This document shows, one piece after another, positions 61,021 to 64,000 of a DNA stretch of 64,000 nucleotides. The stretch spans positions 530,962 through 594,961 of the forward strand of contig MU058482.1 in the NCBI GenBank assembly GCA_013265495.1, read 5' to 3'. The notes below the pieces were generated by a model that worked only from the letters and a program-made list of their open reading frames with translations, had not been told where the DNA came from and searched no databases. The first letter of the stretch is position 1. Every line of letters begins with the position of its first letter. The position numbers and the translations under genes were made by a program. This DNA comes from Vicugna vicugna (lineage: Eukaryota).

Positions 61021-64000
61021 CCTTTCTCTTTCTTTCCTCCCTCCCCCATTTCTTGTCTGTCTGTCTATCTATCTATCTACCTATCTACCTTTTTGGACCC
61101 GGAGTGACCTTTACCTTCTCTTTTGTTCTGAAGTAAAACCAATCGACTCTTCCCGTTAGTCCCCTACTTTCCTCCAGAGGTAAGTGATATTGTTGGGCAC
61201 CTACAAGAGAAATTAGGGGAGCTCTTCTGAACTGTGATTAAATAGATTGTGGGGGTTTAGCTAATTCTCCGTGGTTATAGCCCTCTGTGACTTTGATTTT
61301 ACTTATCAAGCCAGCAGAGCCACCTGGTGATGACAGCACTACCTTTTCATCTTACGATATTTGACATCTGTCTTTTCCAGATTTGATAAATGATTTGTCC
61401 TCATCTAATTCCCTGATGCAGGCCACACGGGAGGCCTCAAGCCATAGCCTTGTCGCCAAGGGCAAGGTCATTCTTTCTCTTGCACTGTCCTTGATTATAA
61501 TGGTGATCAAAATGGACTCTCCCTGAGGGTATTTAACTACTGCAAAAGAAAGGTTTTTTTCTTCTTAGTTAAAATATACCCCTCTGAGCTAGTTTGAGAA
61601 GTTTCCAAGGTATGTGGGGACAAAATTTCTAAAATGCAGGCAACTGTCTGCTTTGTTCACCACTATACACACCGCACTTAAAATAGTGCCTGTCACATCA
61701 AAGGCACTCAGACATGTCAGTTAAATAAATGTTAGTAATCCAAGAAGGACTCTCTATTGTCTTCAAATAAGAATAAAAAGTTAACTTGATAAGGCATCCT
61801 TTGTGTTTTGGTGTCCACATGGTAGTTTTTATTTTTTCAGGGGAATGCCATGGATTATTATTGTCTCCATTCCTCTATTAGTGGTCTGCCTTTCCTACTT
61901 AGGAACTTTCAGAATGCCTTTCTTTCACTATGTTTTAGACATATTTTTTATTTAAAAGCAGTGGTATTGTGTTGCTTCTGCTCATATTGGAACTCCATGA
62001 GCTCTACCTGTTTCTAAAACCAGCTCTCTACCTCCTGCCAAAGAATATTTCTTCTATCTTTGATTATTGATTCTGTGTCTTATGTTTTATGTTCATTTTT
62101 GGAATCTCAGTATATTTTAGGTTAATTCCCTGGGAATCAAGTGAGATGCATTCTCCTTTTCTTTCTTCCTGTGATTGATTTTCCTCCCTGTAATTCAGTG
62201 ATATGAACTGAATTAGCGTCTCATTCTAAAGTTCAGATGTTTAAGCTTCTGGCATTTGACTGAGCTTTGTAAGCTGTACTTTCTACAGTGTGGAAAGGGG
62301 GAGTTATAAAAAAAATTTAAATGTATGTTCTGAAGTAGAGATTTTGGACCCTTTCAGGTTAACGGAGGTCCTGTTAATAGACTTGGGGACCAAGTTAGAG
62401 ATTCACCATGTCAGCAAGTAGGCATGGTACTGTTTCTTCTGGTTCAGCTGCTGTGTTGCTGGAATGCAATTTAAACATGACCCTGGGCTTAGAGTGGCAG
62501 TTGTCCCAGAGAGGGAGGCTGAGGCCAGGAAAATTCTCTTGCAGTGATAAAGACTCACTAGATTGACCAAGCTGAGTAAGAATAGGTTGCTGTACATCTC
62601 TCTGATGGCTTTCAAGGATTCAGCAGGCTGGGAAGTACAAGAAGAAAGGATATGTGTCTTATTTTGAGTGAAAACTCAAGATTAAATGTGAAGCCCGGTT
62701 CAGGATTTCAAAGTGTAGGCAGTCCCGAGGGCAAGTACGTATGACACATACACACACACTTGATTAATGGGACATTTACATTTATGTCTCTCAGCTAAGC
62801 AGGGAGCAAGCAAATGTATAGGGTAGGACAATAGGAGCAGACACACACCAACTTAGAAACAAACAGTGTCTCTGCCAGGTTGCTGCCGATGCCTAGTGAC
62901 CGAAGTCCCTCAGTGATCCCCACCTGTGAGATTTTCTTCCTCATTTTTGCACAAGAAGGCTGGAGTTTCCTCAAAGACTGGCGATCATGGTCTGCAGAAA
63001 ACCCGACTCAACTCTTTCCATTAGACCTGCAGGGAGATTGGTGCTGGAAGCTTGGTGTGGCTGTCCAGGCTTTTGATGCTAAAACTCGTACCAGGGATTG
63101 AGGGTTACTGCAGGCAGCCAGGAGCCTGGCCCTGGATTCTCATCATTCTTCCACAAAAACAACATGTTTATACTGCTTATTTCAGATGTAAACACAATTC
63201 CTACTTGAAAAAATTCCTCCCCCAAACAGGTTTAAAAGTAAGATTTACATAAACATGTTTATGAGATTTAAAAATAACAGTATGTTTATAATTTGACAAG
63301 GTGAGGTGAAAACCCTTTGTCAGAATAATTCATTTCAGTGAGGGATGAGGCATCCTTAAAAAAAATACCTAAACAAATCACACAAATCACAATATGTATC
63401 CAATATTAGTCGGCTGGCATCCCTCTGATTTGTCCCATGTGCTTTAGAGTTAGAAGCAGGCTCCTCTCATTACTCAGTCTTTCTACCAACTGAGGACCAC
63501 AACGTGGGCTGGCCAGATTCCTTCCAGGGAACTGAGTTTCCATCCCCTGCTCCCTGTCATCAACTTAAAGGAAACCTGGGTGATGGAATGTAAGTGGCTT
63601 AGAGTAGAGCCTCACCAATAGGAGAGAAATAATGGGGACACCACTCACTTAGTCAAGCTGTGCTGTTATCTCTGAAATCTGGCAGAAATAAAAGTAATGA
63701 ACGTTTTTATAAAAAAGGTAAAGGAAATTTCTGAGACAGTCATCATTTTGTTTTATGCTCACACTGAGAAAGCTTTCAGAAGAATGAACTTGTGAGTAGG
63801 TGAAGTCAAGCAAGCACATGGTGAATCTGGGGTTGTTTTTGCTCCATCTTGTACTTTCAGTGTTTCGTCTATAAAATACCAGCACCATGGAGGCTGGCTC
63901 AGATATCCTTGTGTGGGTTGATAAGTAAGTGTTTTTCGGTTAGAAGAGCATGCGTTTTTATTTCACCAGCAGTGAGGTATGTTTTTAACCCTCTAAACTG

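Overview
Mammalian genomic DNA, most likely a camelid (inferred from tRNA-derived SINEs resembling Vic-1). It is syntenic, in reverse orientation, with the human 14q11.2 block RNASE8-RNASE7-RNASE13-TPPP2-NDRG2-SLC39A2-METTL17. Six intact genes could be assembled exon by exon with open frames: RNASE7 (-), RNASE13 (+), TPPP2 (-), NDRG2 (+), SLC39A2 (-) and METTL17 (-). A seventh locus, an RNASE8-like gene at 5734-6565 (-), is a pseudogene: it has lost its ATG, carries two frameshifts, has lost the C-terminal catalytic His, and is split by a nested L1 insertion with a 13-bp target-site duplication. The rest is intergenic DNA with L1, L2, MIR, SINE, hAT and ERVL remnants. The most notable unexplained structures are the mosaic similarity of the pseudogene to RNASE7, a ~125-bp inverted repeat at 12.4/13.4 kb, a 96-bp tandem duplication in the NDRG2 CpG-island promoter, and a GC-AG intron in METTL17. 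I found no convincing new biological system. Gene and repeat-family names come from recalled sequences, not database searches.
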